DNA from: Perkinsus chesapeaki ATCC PRA-425 | Lineage: Eukaryota > Protista > Perkinsozoa | Assembly: GCA_013115145.1 (NCBI GenBank) | Contig: JAAPAO010000289.1 | Location: 1 to 42,336 of the forward strand | Length of the DNA: 42,336 bases | Direction of reading: 5' to 3' | Part shown: positions 1 to 13,445 of the stretch, piece by piece | Position numbering within the stretch: the first letter of the stretch is position 1 | Layout: the number at the start of each line of letters is the position of its first letter | Notes under the pieces: generated by a model | Databases searched by the model: none | What the model was told of the DNA's origin: nothing | Seen by the model: the letters and a program-made list of their open reading frames with translations, nothing else | Translations under genes and position numbers: made by a program

Positions 1-2300
1 AACGAAACCATCCTTTTTTAAAAGTGTCAGACAGGTTGATAGCTCCGACCTAAGGGCCTGTCGGGCCTCCTCGTCAGGTTGCAGGTGATATCGGAGCAGC
101 CTGTGGCAAAACCTAAATGATGGCCTCGAGGGAAGGGGACAAGTGGAGGGCAACCTTTGTGGTATCTCATCGACGTTGTTGATGAGTTTAAGGCAGATGA
201 TCTCCAACAGCGCTCGAGCGAGGTGTGGGCCTGGAAGTGTCAAGAATGGCAAAGGCTACCACGGGAGAGCCACAGTAGGGCCAAGTAGGGGAAGTCTCAC
301 CGGTGAGACGGGAGGACAAGCCAGTGAGTTGGGCATTAATGAGGTCCTTGGCCACCTTTGCCTCACGATCGTCTTTCACGCACAGCACGGCTTCACCTCT
401 ATTTGCATCTGAATGCTCCATGACAGAGTCATTGAGACTAGTCGAACCTCCAAAGCCCGCTCTGCCAGCTCGGCCGCACATCTGCCGTAGACGGGACGCA
501 TCGAGTGGATGGATCCCCACTTGCAGTGATCGAATGATAACTCTACGGGCCTGAGTCGACAGTCGGTTAAGAAAGCCCATGGGGAATAGAGGTACGGGAA
601 GATTGACGCCGGCAGCCAGGGTCGATGTCGCGCAGAGAGTATGGATGTAACCATTACGGAAGGCTGTCTCGATGACCCTTCTCTCTTCCATGGTGTGGCC
701 CGAGTGGTGATACCTGTGAAAACGGCATAGTCAAATGGGTAGTGCATGCACTCACGCGATGCCGCTAGGGATGCACCTTTCCAAAATAGGGGATAGACCA
801 GCTGGGCAAGCCCGAAGGATCTCGACCGCCTGCCGTCGTCCCCGAATGCTGAAGGGTTCTTGGGAAGTGTATGCAGGCTTGTGTGCTTACATGGTCTCAT
901 CGGAGTCCCACGGTACTCCAGGCCAGGTGTTCGCGAGATGCGTTGCGGTCTTCTCGCACCACACCTTTGTGGCACAGAAGACAATTACACCAGTTGCGCT
1001 TGAGGAGGAGGATGGTACCGTCTTCGATTGGTCAGATAATTCCGAGCAGGCTTCCTAAGGGTTATTGAATACCGGAAGGGCGCGGGTTCGAACCCTCGCA
1101 CGGGCTGCTTACTTGAGCCACTTCCCACACTAGAGCTGTTATGCGGTCAGGGTCCCCTCGTATCACTGGTAGTTCTCTAACTATTTTGTCCAATTCGGGA
1201 CTGTGCAAACGCGGGCCGACTTTAATAAAGTATTCCAGTGGCACTGATTGCAGGCGTTGTTGCTGACATGTTGGTGAGCAGCAGAAGGCTACCTGGACGG
1301 AATTCAGTGTTGAAAGTGTCCGCGTCGATCAGCCAGCTCTTAAGAGGATCTAGGCTGGGGAGAGTTGCCGACATACACACCACTTGGAGCTCGTAGGGCT
1401 CAGCGGAGGCGGCGGACACACGACCCGTGGCGAACCTGAGAGGTATCGGGTTCGATTCCTGGGGAGGGCATCTCGACCAACAGCATTAATTTGAGCAAGA
1501 TGAGCTCCAAGATATGCCCTCTTTGTTCATCTCCTATCATATGTAACTCGTCAATAATAACCGTTCCTGAGGCAGGATGTGACGGAAATGTGGTATTAAT
1601 TGCTACCAACGTTCGCAGTTGAACTATCTGCCTGTGACACTAGACGGTTTACCATACCATTAATCTTCTCGAGTGTACCTGTCCGCGAAGCTGCACGCTG
1701 ATCGTTGCCTGTAGAATACCCAAAGCCACGTCGACGCCCGCAGTCCAGCCGCCGATGAGATCCTCCTTATCGACGGAAGCGTTTGAATGGAACGCTTCAA
1801 TTCTGAGTGGGATGGATTTGGTGTCAATGTACATCTGATGGGCTTACCTCAGGGCTGCCAGACTCGAGCTCTGAGCCGAGTCTCCCCAAACTCGTCGAAG
1901 TTGATGTAACTTCTCTTGGCAAATAGAGACGTATCTATCGATGAGCATTGTGAACTGAGGCGGTGAAGTGACGGACGGTAGGGTGTAGAGGCCCCGGAGG
2001 CCCCGAAAGAGAAGACGTCTTAGCATGATGAGCTCTGCGACGAGGCTTTTGCCGCCACTAGTCGGGGCACAATAGACGCCACATTTAAAGGGGCGGTGGG
2101 CAGCAGCAGCTGCTGCTGGAGTGCAGTCATCATCAGTAGGTTCTTGGAAGCCAAAGATAGAGCAGCCGAGGAGGGCCCCTGAGAATGGTGTGAAAGGACT
2201 GTGATGGGCATAGCAGCAGCTTACTGAGGCAATCAGATTGCCAAGTATAAAGTCCAGTGATACCGCTGGAAAGGCGGTATCTAAACGATGAGGCGGAAAT
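1..2300 (-). CDS. Multi-exon DNA polymerase theta/HEL308(HELQ)-family SF2 helicase; 3' part runs off the window start, 5' end approximate
   Basis: Spliced exons give the Q motif [13 protein letters not shown], Walker [86 protein letters not shown] and RALLEII, all typical of the POLQ/HEL308 helicase domain. POLQ vs HELQ cannot be resolved because the C-terminus is outside the window. Confidence 0.88.
1055..1112 (-). other. 58-nt intron containing an antisense tRNA 3'-end-like fragment (B-box/T-arm)
   Basis: GTAAGC...TTAG intron between ...VWEVAQ and EACSELS...; the + strand reads ccggaagggcgcgggttcgaaccctcgcacgggct. Confidence 0.6.
1436..1481 (-). other. 46-nt intron containing an antisense tRNA 3'-end-like fragment
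   Basis: Removal restores the frame [29 protein letters not shown]. The + strand reads aggtatcggg-ttcgatt-cctgg-ggagggc-a: a pairable T-stem, a 7-nt acceptor 3' strand and discriminator A. Confidence 0.65.
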
Positions 2301-2639
2301 ATGGTACAAGGTTGTTCAGTGAATTCAAGTTAACGGATGAAGATGATTCCTGTCTGTTGGTCGAGAGCTGGACACCTTCCCAAATAAACCTTTTAATAAC
2401 AATCAAGCTTCTTCGTCTTTTTCCTCGGGCGCGGCACGGCCTATGAGGCCCTACAGCCGCCTTATATTTTATCAGTTAATACTAACCCTCTCATTTTCCA
2501 CATCTCTAATGCACACTTGCCGTGCTGCCCTATGACGCCTCGGCTGCCAATAAGAATGTCAACATTTTATCTCCCCAACTATAAGCGCTCTTCTAATTCG
2601 GGGTTCCCTAAAGTCCCCCATAAGCTTGGATGCGCCATC

Positions 2640-3383
2640 TTACGCTTCAACTATGTTCGGGGGTAGATGCCAGAACCTAAGGTCTGTTGGTGTAAGGGGA
2701 GGGTAATGCTGACAGTAGGGTAACGATCTAGGGTTCAGGATCGACGAGTTGGGGCCATACTCGTTGATGGACATCCTGGGGAAGAGTCCATGTCGGTTTA
2801 CACTGTGAACGTTACAGTACACTTTGGCTCACCTGGTCAGCGCCTTCTGGTCTCGCTCTTGTGCCGTATAAGCATCTCTCCCACGTGGATAGGCGATGCC
2901 GTCCAGGGAGACGTATATGGCGACTCGGTCGCCGTCGAGCACTCGAGAGCGCCATAAGCCCAGCCGACGGTTAGACTGTTTCTTCAGCATTTGACGGACC
3001 TTCGCCCGCATCTTGCTCTTGTACTGCCTAGCTTGATCACGCTTCCTCTTCCGTTCGAGGCCAGCTCGCTCTCTTAGTGGACTAGGAGCCCCGATGCTCC
3101 TAGAGTTGCCAGTGATCGGCACAGGAGCCGGAGGCTCTTCAACTGAGGTGGCACCGATGGTCAGGAAGGAAAGGTGGAGATCATCACCTTGGTGTGGTTT
3201 GGTGTAGTCCTTAAGGTAGCCGGCGTAGTTCTCCGGCAGGACTATATCATCATCCGAGTGGCGGTGCCGGTAATCGGTGGAGTAGCTTTCGACGGGTAAT
3301 AAATTGTGGTAGTAGTCATCATCATCGATAGACGAGGTTTGTTGATTCCAAGCTACTGGCGACATGTTACTGACATTATACAA
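2640..3383 (-). CDS. Hypothetical two-exon protein with a basic helical segment (LERKRKRDQARQYKSKMRAKVRQMLKK)
   Basis: The 184-aa ORF joins ORF 2640-2822 in frame through a GTGAGC...CACAG intron. Confidence 0.55.
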
Positions 3384-3608
3384 GTGTTAATAGCTAGAGG
3401 TGTCAGAAAAAAGGAGAGGAGAGTACACTTCTGGACAATAGGAGCATACGTAGGGAATAAAGTGCTGTCGAAGTAATGCAGCGAACGCCGCCAAACGTGA
3501 TGAGCTCATCGTAGTGGTGACGTCGTTCAATAAAGTCATCTACTACCAAAGTCAATGCACCGACATCACGGGTCATGTTAGAGGCTCAAAGCACTATATA
3601 GACAGGAT

Positions 3609-3650
3609 ATATATCTATTTATATATCTATTTATATATCTATTTATATAT
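3609..3650. repeat. Minisatellite (ATATATCTATTT) x3.5
   Basis: Exact 12-nt units start at 3609, 3621 and 3633, with a partial unit at 3645. Confidence 0.95.
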
Positions 3651-4473
3651 GTACACGTTGCAGCAGCAGCAGTCGTTGAGCTGCTATGCCGTGATGTACT
3701 CTACTTATCGGTATGTGATATCATGTTTTATCCCCCATAGTTCCCACTGCTACTTTTAACTCAATATTAAACGAGTAAGAGATAGATAATCATGAAGGAG
3801 GGAAAGACTGTCAACACAGTTTCAGTCGGGGACACAGGGAAGCAGGAATGGGCAGCGGCACGAGAACGGCTGTTTGGTCCCCTCAAGTGGGCCATAAAGT
3901 ATCCTCATCGCAGTAAATGTGTTTATAGATTCAAAGGGATACCTCATCAGAGCACGAAGCTACTTTTAATCGCCCCGATGTCTTCATGAGGGAACAGTCT
4001 CTGATGGTCCTCGAAGCTTTGCCACCTAAATGCCGTCATTTCCCCCTTCACACCAAAACTCGATGCCCACCGATTCTTGAATGCTTCTTCTTTGTCTGAA
4101 GTATCCAAAACATTATGACGACTTTAGCAGTGTACCGCACTCGATAGGATTCCTATATTTCTTGCTTTAGTCCACACATTCGTTCTTTTTCATCTCATCC
4201 TCCCTTTCATTTGACAAGTACATCTCCACCAGCCGAGGCCACATAAGCTGACATAGATAGAGCCACAAAGAGCTTCGCTGCATATTCACCAACTTAACGT
4301 CAATGATACCCCCAAATAACGAGCGTAGTTCACCGCTGTCATGTGAAGGCCCAGTAATCCGAGAACGGACGGTAAGGAAGCGTTTTTGCGATGAAGAAAT
4401 GTAAGAGAGCAAGAGTCGGTAAGTGATACTGCTTAGTTTGTTTCGGTTTCCTCCCTAAACCTTCTCATCGTCT

Positions 4474-7400
4474 ATGAGTGGCAGTGCTGGTGCCTCTGTC
4501 TCAACCGGAGGAGAATCTACACTGTAAGTTTTTGGCCTTCTGCTCTGTCGGACTGGGTCCCTACAAATGTAGACTATTGGGTGATCATCGAATCATCTGC
4601 ACGAAAGTCCGTCGCTCGAATGTCGCATAAGCTTATCAACGCGCCTCTAGTTTTGTGAAGGTCATCGTTTGTAGGTACTTTCCAGTGGACTCCTCCGATG
4701 ACTGGGTATCACTGGAAAGCAGGGACTTGCCGGAGGACGGTGATAAGATACTTGACCTACTCCGAATGGAGCTGGTCCCCTTGAAGCTCTGGCATGCACT
4801 TGCTGTAGAGTATTTTAGACAGAGGAATGATACTGTTAATATGATGAAAGTGCTGGAGGCAGCTACTGATAAGGAGCTGGAGAGCATTCAGGTGGGAGAT
4901 GTTCTCTACTGGTGATGACTTTGCTGTCAGATGTACGCCAGCCAACTACACCAAATGCAGTTTCTCATGTACGACTCTATGGGAGCATCATACTTGCAAA
5001 AAGGTCTCTATGATGGTGATGAGGAATCTGGTAGTATTATTGGGGCGATTCGGGTGAGTAGGAGTTGATTCAGTTAAGAAGGCGACGGACATGTACCAAC
5101 GTGGAGAGAATCTTAACCCCTTCGACCCTCGAACATGGCTCTCAAGAGCATGGACGGAGTTTTGCAAGTAGTGTATTGGTCGCTTAAGTGAATGTAAATG
5201 GCCATTGATCAGCTACATCAAATCCTCGGATGCAAATGGACCGTCTGTTGGAGGGCATGAGGCTTTAACAAAGTGTGTATCACATCTTGGTAATGTTATC
5301 AAGGCGGGGCCTATGGTCAATGAAGGTGGGGTGGCGGATATGGTCAGAGCACGCCTTCTTAGAGGTAAGTCTACTGGGAGGAGAGATCAACGTATTTTAC
5401 ATAATAAAAACTGATATTCCGTCTAGAAAAACCAAGGCAAAAGCGAGCATGAATTATCCTGATAAAATCTGACGCTTTTTCTAACAGGTGCGGCATTACT
5501 TTTGTTGGAGCAGCCAAAGGAGGCATTGACAGAGTACCGATTGGTGCTGCAAATGGCTGGGAGCCGCGTTCCGACCACTGCTAAAGTGGCTAATACTGCT
5601 AGGCTTGGTAGTAACGGGGCAGGAGAATGGGACGATTGGGACTGGGCGAGGATATTGGTTCCGTCAGGAACGGCTTGCGTGTTTGGCGGGGGAGCCGCTG
5701 GGTTATTTGGATTAAGATTAACAGACTCGTGCAGGAGTTAGGCGAATAATAGCTCCAACAGGTCTGCTTGGAATCACGGCGTAACCTGTCAGTTAATCTG
5801 TGAAATCTCGGAAGAGTGACGGAATCTTCAGTGACGAGATATTTGGTAAAACTGTTTCTTAGGGTTGGGAAATCAGCTGTCGTTTAGCGGGCTTAAAGAA
5901 TGCGAAATCGACTGTAAACTTGATAAATTCTGACCGAATCTGGTTCGGGATTGAGTGGGCTTATCTTTCAGGTATAGCAGCATGCCAGATGAAATTGGGG
6001 AATTTACCCAAGGCACAGGAGGCCATATTCCGGGCATTGGCGATGACTAGGAAAGGGGACCTGGATGGTGATGTAGTGGCGGCAGCGGCAGCGATACTGC
6101 AGGCTGGAGAGAGCTCTAGCGGGTACTGAGACTATACGAGGGAGCGGTATGAGTATTTAGGTCGTTGGATGCGGGTCATTTAGCGCAGGAGACAGCTCTG
6201 GCTGAGAAGGCGGGGGACCATCCCGTTGCTTTAACCATTCTTGCACGACAGGTGGGAGAGATGTCGGGCAGGGGGATCGGACCTGGGTGCTTTGGTTCAG
6301 AGCCTGGTGTTGGCGGCCGCGGCTAAGGATGATGAGGAGGGCCGTAAGAGATATCTTAGGACGGCCCGACGACTGGTAGGCTGAGGTAGCGCGTTGTGGG
6401 AAACAGAATGGTGGCAGGCGGAGGCGGCGGAGTCTCGGGTATGTGGGAAAGGGGCGAGACCGTTGTTGACGGAAATATGCCTGTTGAAGGCTAAGATCAC
6501 ACACGCTGAAGGGGACGTGGAGAAGGCTAAGAAACTATATGAAGAAGCTACAAAGCAGCTACCTTTGGGGAGCATGCATTACTCACATACAGCAAGCAGC
6601 AACAAGGACACTCCTATACCGTCAATGCTGCCGACCACGGAGAGGCTGTCATGTGCAGCTCTGTCGGGCTTGATTGCGACATCGGCGGATGATGGCACGG
6701 AAACTGGACGAAAGATGCACGTTCATCACGGGAAAAAGTTGCTGCAACTGCAGGCTGTGTCGGCGGCTAATACGGACAGCAGTGTGACTCATGGCGGGCT
6801 GAGGTTCGATGATGCTATAGCGTTGTTGTTGGCGAGGCAGTTGGGGCATGCACCGTTGCCTAGTGATAGTAGGAAGGCATTGGAGTTGGTTGAAGGGGTG
6901 AGTATGCATGCTAAACAAGCTAAGGAGAAGTAATAAGGGATACGAGGGGAAAACCGGCAGCGTGGTTATTGAACGTGTGAGCGATTATACTAAATGGGGA
7001 AATGGCGTTTGCCAGTGCAAGATAGGGTAGGGCCAGTTGAAGCAGATTGCAATGAGTAATACAGCTAATAGGATACTACTGAGGTTTCACTGACCATCGG
7101 AGATGATATTGCCGCTATGGTTATTTTGAAATGATCCTTCCCTACAGGCACGGCACATTTGACCAGAGTCTAGATTATGAGAGACATAAGTTGTATGTGT
7201 CATTGGTGTTGGGGGGCAAGAATATGGGAGCATTAACTAAGGCCGAGGTAGGGCTGCTGCTGCTTGGTGTGGTGTTGATGTATATAGGGGATGGTGGGTA
7301 GGCACAGCATTGCTTACAGGAGCTCAATGAGTTCTTGGCAGCTAAGGAGGAGAATAAGGAGGAGGATGTGTCAGTGGTTCAGGTAAGGTGCTGGAATGAC

Positions 7401-10400
7401 GGTGGGAAAATAATTCTACGCGGCTGTGGCTCTTATTGATGTTACTAAGGCGGATATTGTTAGGCGTTGATCACGAGAGGAGCGCTGCGGGCATCGGCGT
7501 TGAAGGAGCCTAAAAGGGGTCTGGACGACTTGGCGAGGGCTAAGATAATTATGTTGAAGACGGATGGTGGCGGCGTCGATGCGGAGGCTTATAGAGTGCT
7601 GTGGCGTAAGAGGAGTGGTGACTGTATTGGGCGAATTGTGGTGGTAGGCACACGAGTGTTTAACAAGGGTTTGTGTTATGAGGGAATGGCCACCACACAT
7701 GGAGGAATGTCTGGCGTTGACAGGGCTTTGAAAACGTGACAACAGCAGCAGCTGTAGTGATGGATGACGGGATGCGGAACATCAGGTACCGGAGGCTGGT
7801 GGAGAGGCAGCCGGATTACACGGACGCTATGGTTCGTATTGGAAAGATATACGAGAATGTTAGAGGCGACCTGTCCAAGGCTGAGGAATGGTAGCAAGGG
7901 GGATGCCTGCCGATGAGGGAGATTTAACCACGGTTCATGTAGGTATCGGAAAGCTATGGATGCGGTGCCGCTGAAGGAGGGTGGGACAACTATGGGAGCT
8001 TTGTGTCGAGCATCTATGCAGCACCACAAGCTAGTAAGTACTGAGAATCGAGTATTAAGTAGCTCTTGTTCAGAGGAATGCAGCGGCAGGCATAAAGACT
8101 ATAAGGGACAACTGTGGGTCACATAACGATCCTTATATTTACGAGGTGAGTGGGAGAGGTAGCCATCACTGAGGAATTGTATTTTGGCAGCTATTGGGAG
8201 ATATGCATGTCGACCATGCTAGATCGAGCTATGCTAAAACCCAGATAGACGAGAAGGATAGCATGAATAAGGCTATCAAGTTTTATCTCAAGGTAATGGG
8301 CGGACAGTCTCGGCCGGCGTCGAGGCTGCTGAACTATTCAGCTATGGATCTCAATGGATGCCAGTGTTATTGGAAATTTGGGGTCAGTGGGGTGTGTTGT
8401 ATTTTAGGCCATCGCCGGATCAACCCCTCCGAAGCCCCATGGTACTCCACATGGCACTCCATCATCGCCGCCTCATGCTGTATCAGCTATAATGGGCATA
8501 GCTGCGGTAAGCCGTGCTTGGAGATTCGTCGGTATCCTTGTTGCTAGGTACTGGGACATAGAGGGAGGAAGCAGCAGGCAATGGATTTATTGACCTCTAT
8601 TGAGGAGCATTCCACTGGTGAGGTTAAGTACCAGCTCAGTTGCCGTGTTAGGGTGGAAGCAGGTTGGAATTGGGCGGCATCGGCGAATCTGGGGCACTTG
8701 TATGTTGACGAGTATTATGCTATGAAGACCGAGATAGATGAGAAGAAGAGGGCTGATAAATCTCACGGTGCCCTGCAGATCCCACCACAGCTTTTGGCTG
8801 CGGAGCATGCAGTACGGCCACGTCGTCCTGGTATTGGCATTGGGAGTCTGCTCTTTGATTAGGCGGCTCGTCGGGCTGTCAAGTGTTATGAAGGCGCTAT
8901 GAAGACATATACCGGCGGTGACAGCACCATCAAGCAAGCGTTGGTGCTATACCTTTCGAACGCGTAGGTTTGATTCACCACTGGAGTTGAGGCTTGCCAC
9001 GGGCTTGGTAGGTATTTTCTGGCTGATCGGCATAATGATAGCATTGACATGCTCAACGAAGCCGTAGTGATGTGGCCAGAGAACCTCAGATTCAAGTACG
9101 ATGACGATAGGCATCAATCATCGGCATGATCGCCCTGGGCTCGTTCTATCACAACGCTTGCGCGTTAGGTATAACTTAGCTATGGTGCTCGAGAACTATG
9201 CAGCCGCCTCTCTTTTGGATAGTACGAAGAAGAACCAAGCCGAATGGGTTAAGAAGGCTCTATTAATGGTGAGCCCTCCGAGGTTTCGAGGAAGCATGCA
9301 ATTGCGATGATGTGCAGGTCCGGTGTGCGCTTGGCCATTTCCGGTCAATCGAGAGTATCGCGGGCACGACACCGATGCAGGCGATTCCCCGCATCCTGAA
9401 ACGGAAAATATTCAATAACAATTACATCACCAATCCAGAAGGTGAGTGTCGCTATCGTACCACTGGGTGGGGAAGACAGGAAGTGACCGTGGACAAAGTG
9501 TCATGGAAACCACCGGAGCCGCCATTGCGAGCCTTGATTGCGTTGAAGAGCGTGAACTTGTCTCTTCAGCGTTCACCAAGGAAATGAAGGCCCCGGAGGA
9601 TATATTCTCAAAGGCGTTCAAGAGGCATTTCGAGTATCTCCGTGATACGGTAGGCATACAGCACATCTCGATCCGACCGTGGCTATACTCTATGTTAGTC
9701 GAGGAAAGCGGAAGATTGGCTGCGTAAGCTGGAAGTCACGCAGAACGTGCATGAGGAGACTATGAGGTTAATTGAAAAAGAGAGAAATGAAAGGTATGCA
9801 TTTCGGCAGGGTGGCCGGTTTTTCACTCTTTCATCATTCCTTCCGGAAGGAATCTCTATTTTTCCGAAAGGAAGAATGCCTACTATTTCTCGGAAAAATA
9901 GCTACTCCGAGAACAAGACTTAAAACAAGACTCCGATATAAGAGGCATAGCACGTGAGAAGGCTCTTACGAATAGCGCAATACGTTTATAATGCTCGGCA
10001 CGGATCCAGTATTTAGTATCCACTTTGCGTTTTGGCAAAGATGGTATAGCGTAGCTCTTGGCTCACGGAACTCTTGAGGGCTTCGGTGCATAGCCGGCTG
10101 TGATGTCACGTTAATCGATTGAAGACTTGGCGTCGGCGCAATGCCGTTAAGTTTGGTCGTGTAGCGGGCATTGAAAGTGAACCTTTTTTAGGATGGAGAG
10201 GGAGAAACGTGAACAAGAGGCAAAGGAGGAGGAAGACAAACGACGACGGGAGGTGGGAATGGGTCAGGTCGCCATCCTGATGCTAGACTTATGCCACTCT
10301 TCATCATCTCTTGCTAATCGAAAGTTGTTAGAGGCTCTGGTTAGGAACTGGATCGGGAAGCCGAGAACAGGATGGACGTTATTCGATCAAGTGTAGCCAA

Positions 10401-11292
10401 CATGGGGCAGGAGGAGGAAGAGGTAGGCGAAGAACCGACTGGCATCGTAGGCGTTGGGATCGAGCTCATGCTGCGGAAAACATTCTCGTCGTGAGAATCT
10501 CACGAATAATCTCTATCAGGAGGAAGAAGTGGCAGCCGGAAAGAAGCGCAAACGACCTGCGAATGGAGGTAACGCGGTGGGTAGGAAGCGTCTGCGCAGC
10601 CCCGGCATTCATGGACTGCCATGATGGATGGAGTGTGAGGCTCCTACATGGCCCGTATCGTGGACTAGGCTTGTCATACTCAATGAACTCCACGTGAGCT
10701 CTCACCTCGAGATGAGATCGCCACAAGCCTCGTGATCCTTCCATGAGTGCTGAATCGCCACTGGTGGTAGCCTTCCTTCATGCTCCTGACTCATTGGTTG
10801 TGTAACTCTGCGTCACCACTCTGTGCACTAAAATAAAAATAGCGGTGAATAACTCTCGGCTCGTGCGGTCACGTTCCAATCATTGCAACGCAATGGCTAC
10901 AACATGGCAACTCATACCAGCCGTGCCATGGAAGGCTGCTTCAGCTACTGCTTCAGATCGTCGGAGCAAAGCTGCAGCTAAAAAGAAGGCTAAAGCTGTC
11001 GAGGAGGATAACTTCATCAACGACGAGCCTAGCTCATCCGGTAAGAGTTAGGGCTAGACAGATAGACTCATGTGTCAACTTTCCAGTTGGGCATTTGCTA
11101 ATCACATGGACAACGCGTTCTTGGAACACCGAAGTAGTTTTAGTCTCAGCCTTTCTCCTGTTAGATAGCGAGTCTTCTTCATCAAGTTCTTCATCTAGCA
11201 GCGATGAGTCCCAAAGCGCCGCCGGATCTGCTAGCAGTAGCACAGATAAGAAGGGCAGCAAAAAGTCTAGGAAACGTAAGGTTCGGGGATAA
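4474..11292 (+). CDS. CTR9: RNA polymerase II-associated PAF1 complex subunit CTR9 (TPR protein), many exons
   Basis: N-terminus DWVSLESRDLPEDGDKILDLLRMELVPLKLWHALAVEYFRQ matches the CTR9 start. TPR-like helical exons follow, then charged coiled-coil exons (RLIEKERNER/MEREKREQEAKEEEDKRRRE) and a CTR9-like tail (EEDNFINDE; DSESSSSSSSSSSDE; KKSRKRK). Exon chain is approximate. Confidence 0.8.
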
Positions 11293-12359
11293 AACCGGTT
11301 TGAATGACACAATAGTGGACGTAAGGAAAATCCGGCAGCTCGGGCTCTATAGCTCAAGAGCTCTTTGATAATACACTTGACATTCGTCAGGTTCACAGAA
11401 GAGGAATAAGCGGAGATTGCGGAAGGGCCCTACCGACAATGAGGACTCGGCTCCTCGCCAACAGACCGACGGAGAAGTTTTAGAAGAACTTTTCGGCGAT
11501 GTCGATATCTAATGGCGAGTAGCTTGAACGTGTTTGATTCACTGAGTGAATTTCACTTATGGACATTTATGGAAACTTTTCCAAGGTGATATCTCTCGTT
11601 GAGTTCACAACGGCCTAGGAGTATTTGTTTGCGTAATCTACCGGGTAGTATTTTTGTCCCTGGACCGTTAGACGGCCTGTATACTAATGTTTCTCCGATC
11701 GCCGTGACATAGCTCCTTTGGGATTCCCCGGAAATCATTCCCGACAGTAGGTAGTGACACTTTAGATAAACAGTGTTAATCTCGTTCAAAATGCTGCGTG
11801 ACTGCCTTGGCTTTACACCGTTTAGGCGTGGCTCGTTTCTGCGGTCAGCTGTTTTATTAAAATGAAATTATAAATGAAATAATAATTCGAGTCATTGTAG
11901 CTCTAATCTGCAATGGTATCACTAATAGTGATTCATTATATAACCTACTAAGTGCTATAACTATTTATATTACATAACTTTCATACTACAATTTGTTGTC
12001 TACAACCAAGCCTCCCCTGGTGGTACTTGGGATGCATGCATAAGTGCCACGTTGTCAAGTTGGCAATGTCAACGCAGGCACTGCCTGCCGGGCACCATTA
12101 TTTTTCTTGAAATGATCTCGCATGCTTACATCGTAAGCCTAACAGACCATCTCTGCTCTAGGTCCGAGCGTTGCATGCAATTCGAATGATTTGACCGCTT
12201 GGGAATTGGGACTCAAATCGAATTTGAGGTGTATACTGTACACTGTATAGTATATCCCCAGCACTAGGGAGTTACGTGAATAAGATTTATTACCCCAACA
12301 AGTGTTTGTTCCTTGTGAGGAAATGTGGTGCCGATAATCCCAATGTTACCGTGAGCCTT

Positions 12360-13445
12360 TTGGGTGATCTACATGCCTCTAGTTGATATGTCTGTCCGTT
12401 CAGTAGATGGTCTACGTCTCTCCGGTCTGTGCATTGACTATTGATTCTATGATTCATCTACTTTCTGCGGTTCGTACTTGAAACTAGTGAAGGGGTCAAT
12501 CTAAGTTTGAAACACGTCATGTTTGTGATAGATACCGTATCTATGTGAACTCATGATCCTAAGGTTCACGCTCTGTGAACTACACTGTAGTCACTACAGC
12601 GGTTAGTGGTATCTGTGGGTGACGTAGATGGTTTTGTTTTGAACATCAAGTATTGGCTGCGTGAGCTGTCTTTCTTTATGGCTTACTTATGATCCGTGGG
12701 TGATCCACCCGCTCCTGGTGTTACACCAGTGGTGTATATGTCAACTAATGACCCAGTGGGTGGTCTACGACTCTCTGGTCTATGAACTAACTGGTCAAAA
12801 TATCAGTGATACTATGAATGGTCTAGATGTTTTTGTTCGTATGGGTACTGACGGGCTAATGGTGATCCGTTTTGTTGTCCGTCCGTTGACTCATGGCATC
12901 GTCGGTGATGCACGTTTTTGCGGTTTGTACGTGAACTAGCGAGTCACTAGTAGTGACAACGTCATACCTTTAAATGTTGATTTTCTGTTCGTGGAGCACT
13001 GATGCAACTGATGAGTTATTGATACTGGGTTGATGGGCCGGGTTATTATGGACTTCTCAGAAGCAACTGGTGTTTTTGTTTGTATGCGTACGATNNNNNN
13101 NNNNNNNNNNNNNNNNNNNNNNNNNNNNNNNNNNNNNNNNNNNNNNNNNNNNNNNNNNNNNNNNNNNNNNNNNNNNNNNNNNNNNNNNNNNGCCGGGTTA
13201 TTATGGACTTCTCAGAAGCAACTGGTGTTTTTGTTTGTATGCGTACTGATGGGCTAAGGGTGATATGTTTTTTGTCTGTCCGTTGGCTCATGGCATCGTC
13301 GGTGATCTAGGTTTTTGCGGTTTGTACTCGAACTAATGGCTATGTCGTAGCTTCGAATAATGCTTTTTCGTTCGTGGAGTACTGATGCAACTGATGAGTT
13401 ATTGATACTTGATTGATGGGCTAGGTCATTATGGACTTCGTAGAA
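12360..13445. repeat. Degenerate, T/G-biased tandem repeat region with a ~240-bp unit, spanning an assembly gap
   Basis: The block gtttttgttcgtatgggtactgacgggctaa...catggcatcgtcggtgat...gttcgtggag(c/t)actgatgcaactgatgagttattgatact...attatggacttc occurs at ~12827-13068 and again at ~13224-13445. Shorter ggtgatcta/ggtctacg motifs recur from ~12360. Confidence 0.7.
13095..13191. other. Assembly gap (97 N)
   Basis: Run of N. The 55 nt at 13037-13091 are repeated exactly at 13192-13246. Confidence 0.98.

Noticed and set aside
3792-4412. Short ORFs on both strands between the basic-protein gene and CTR9
   Set aside because: Strand and structure are ambiguous; no recognisable domain.
9269-9300. 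GCCCTCC..AGG..TCGA in a CTR9 intron as a sixth tRNA fragment
   Set aside because: Too degenerate, lacking the GAACC of the T-loop/stem; not counted.
13037-13246. 55-nt exact duplication flanking the N gap as a biological repeat
   Set aside because: May be an unmerged contig overlap; this cannot be separated from a true tandem copy without reads.
12360-13445. CRISPR-like array
   Set aside because: No constant repeat with unique spacers, no cas genes, and the context is eukaryotic.
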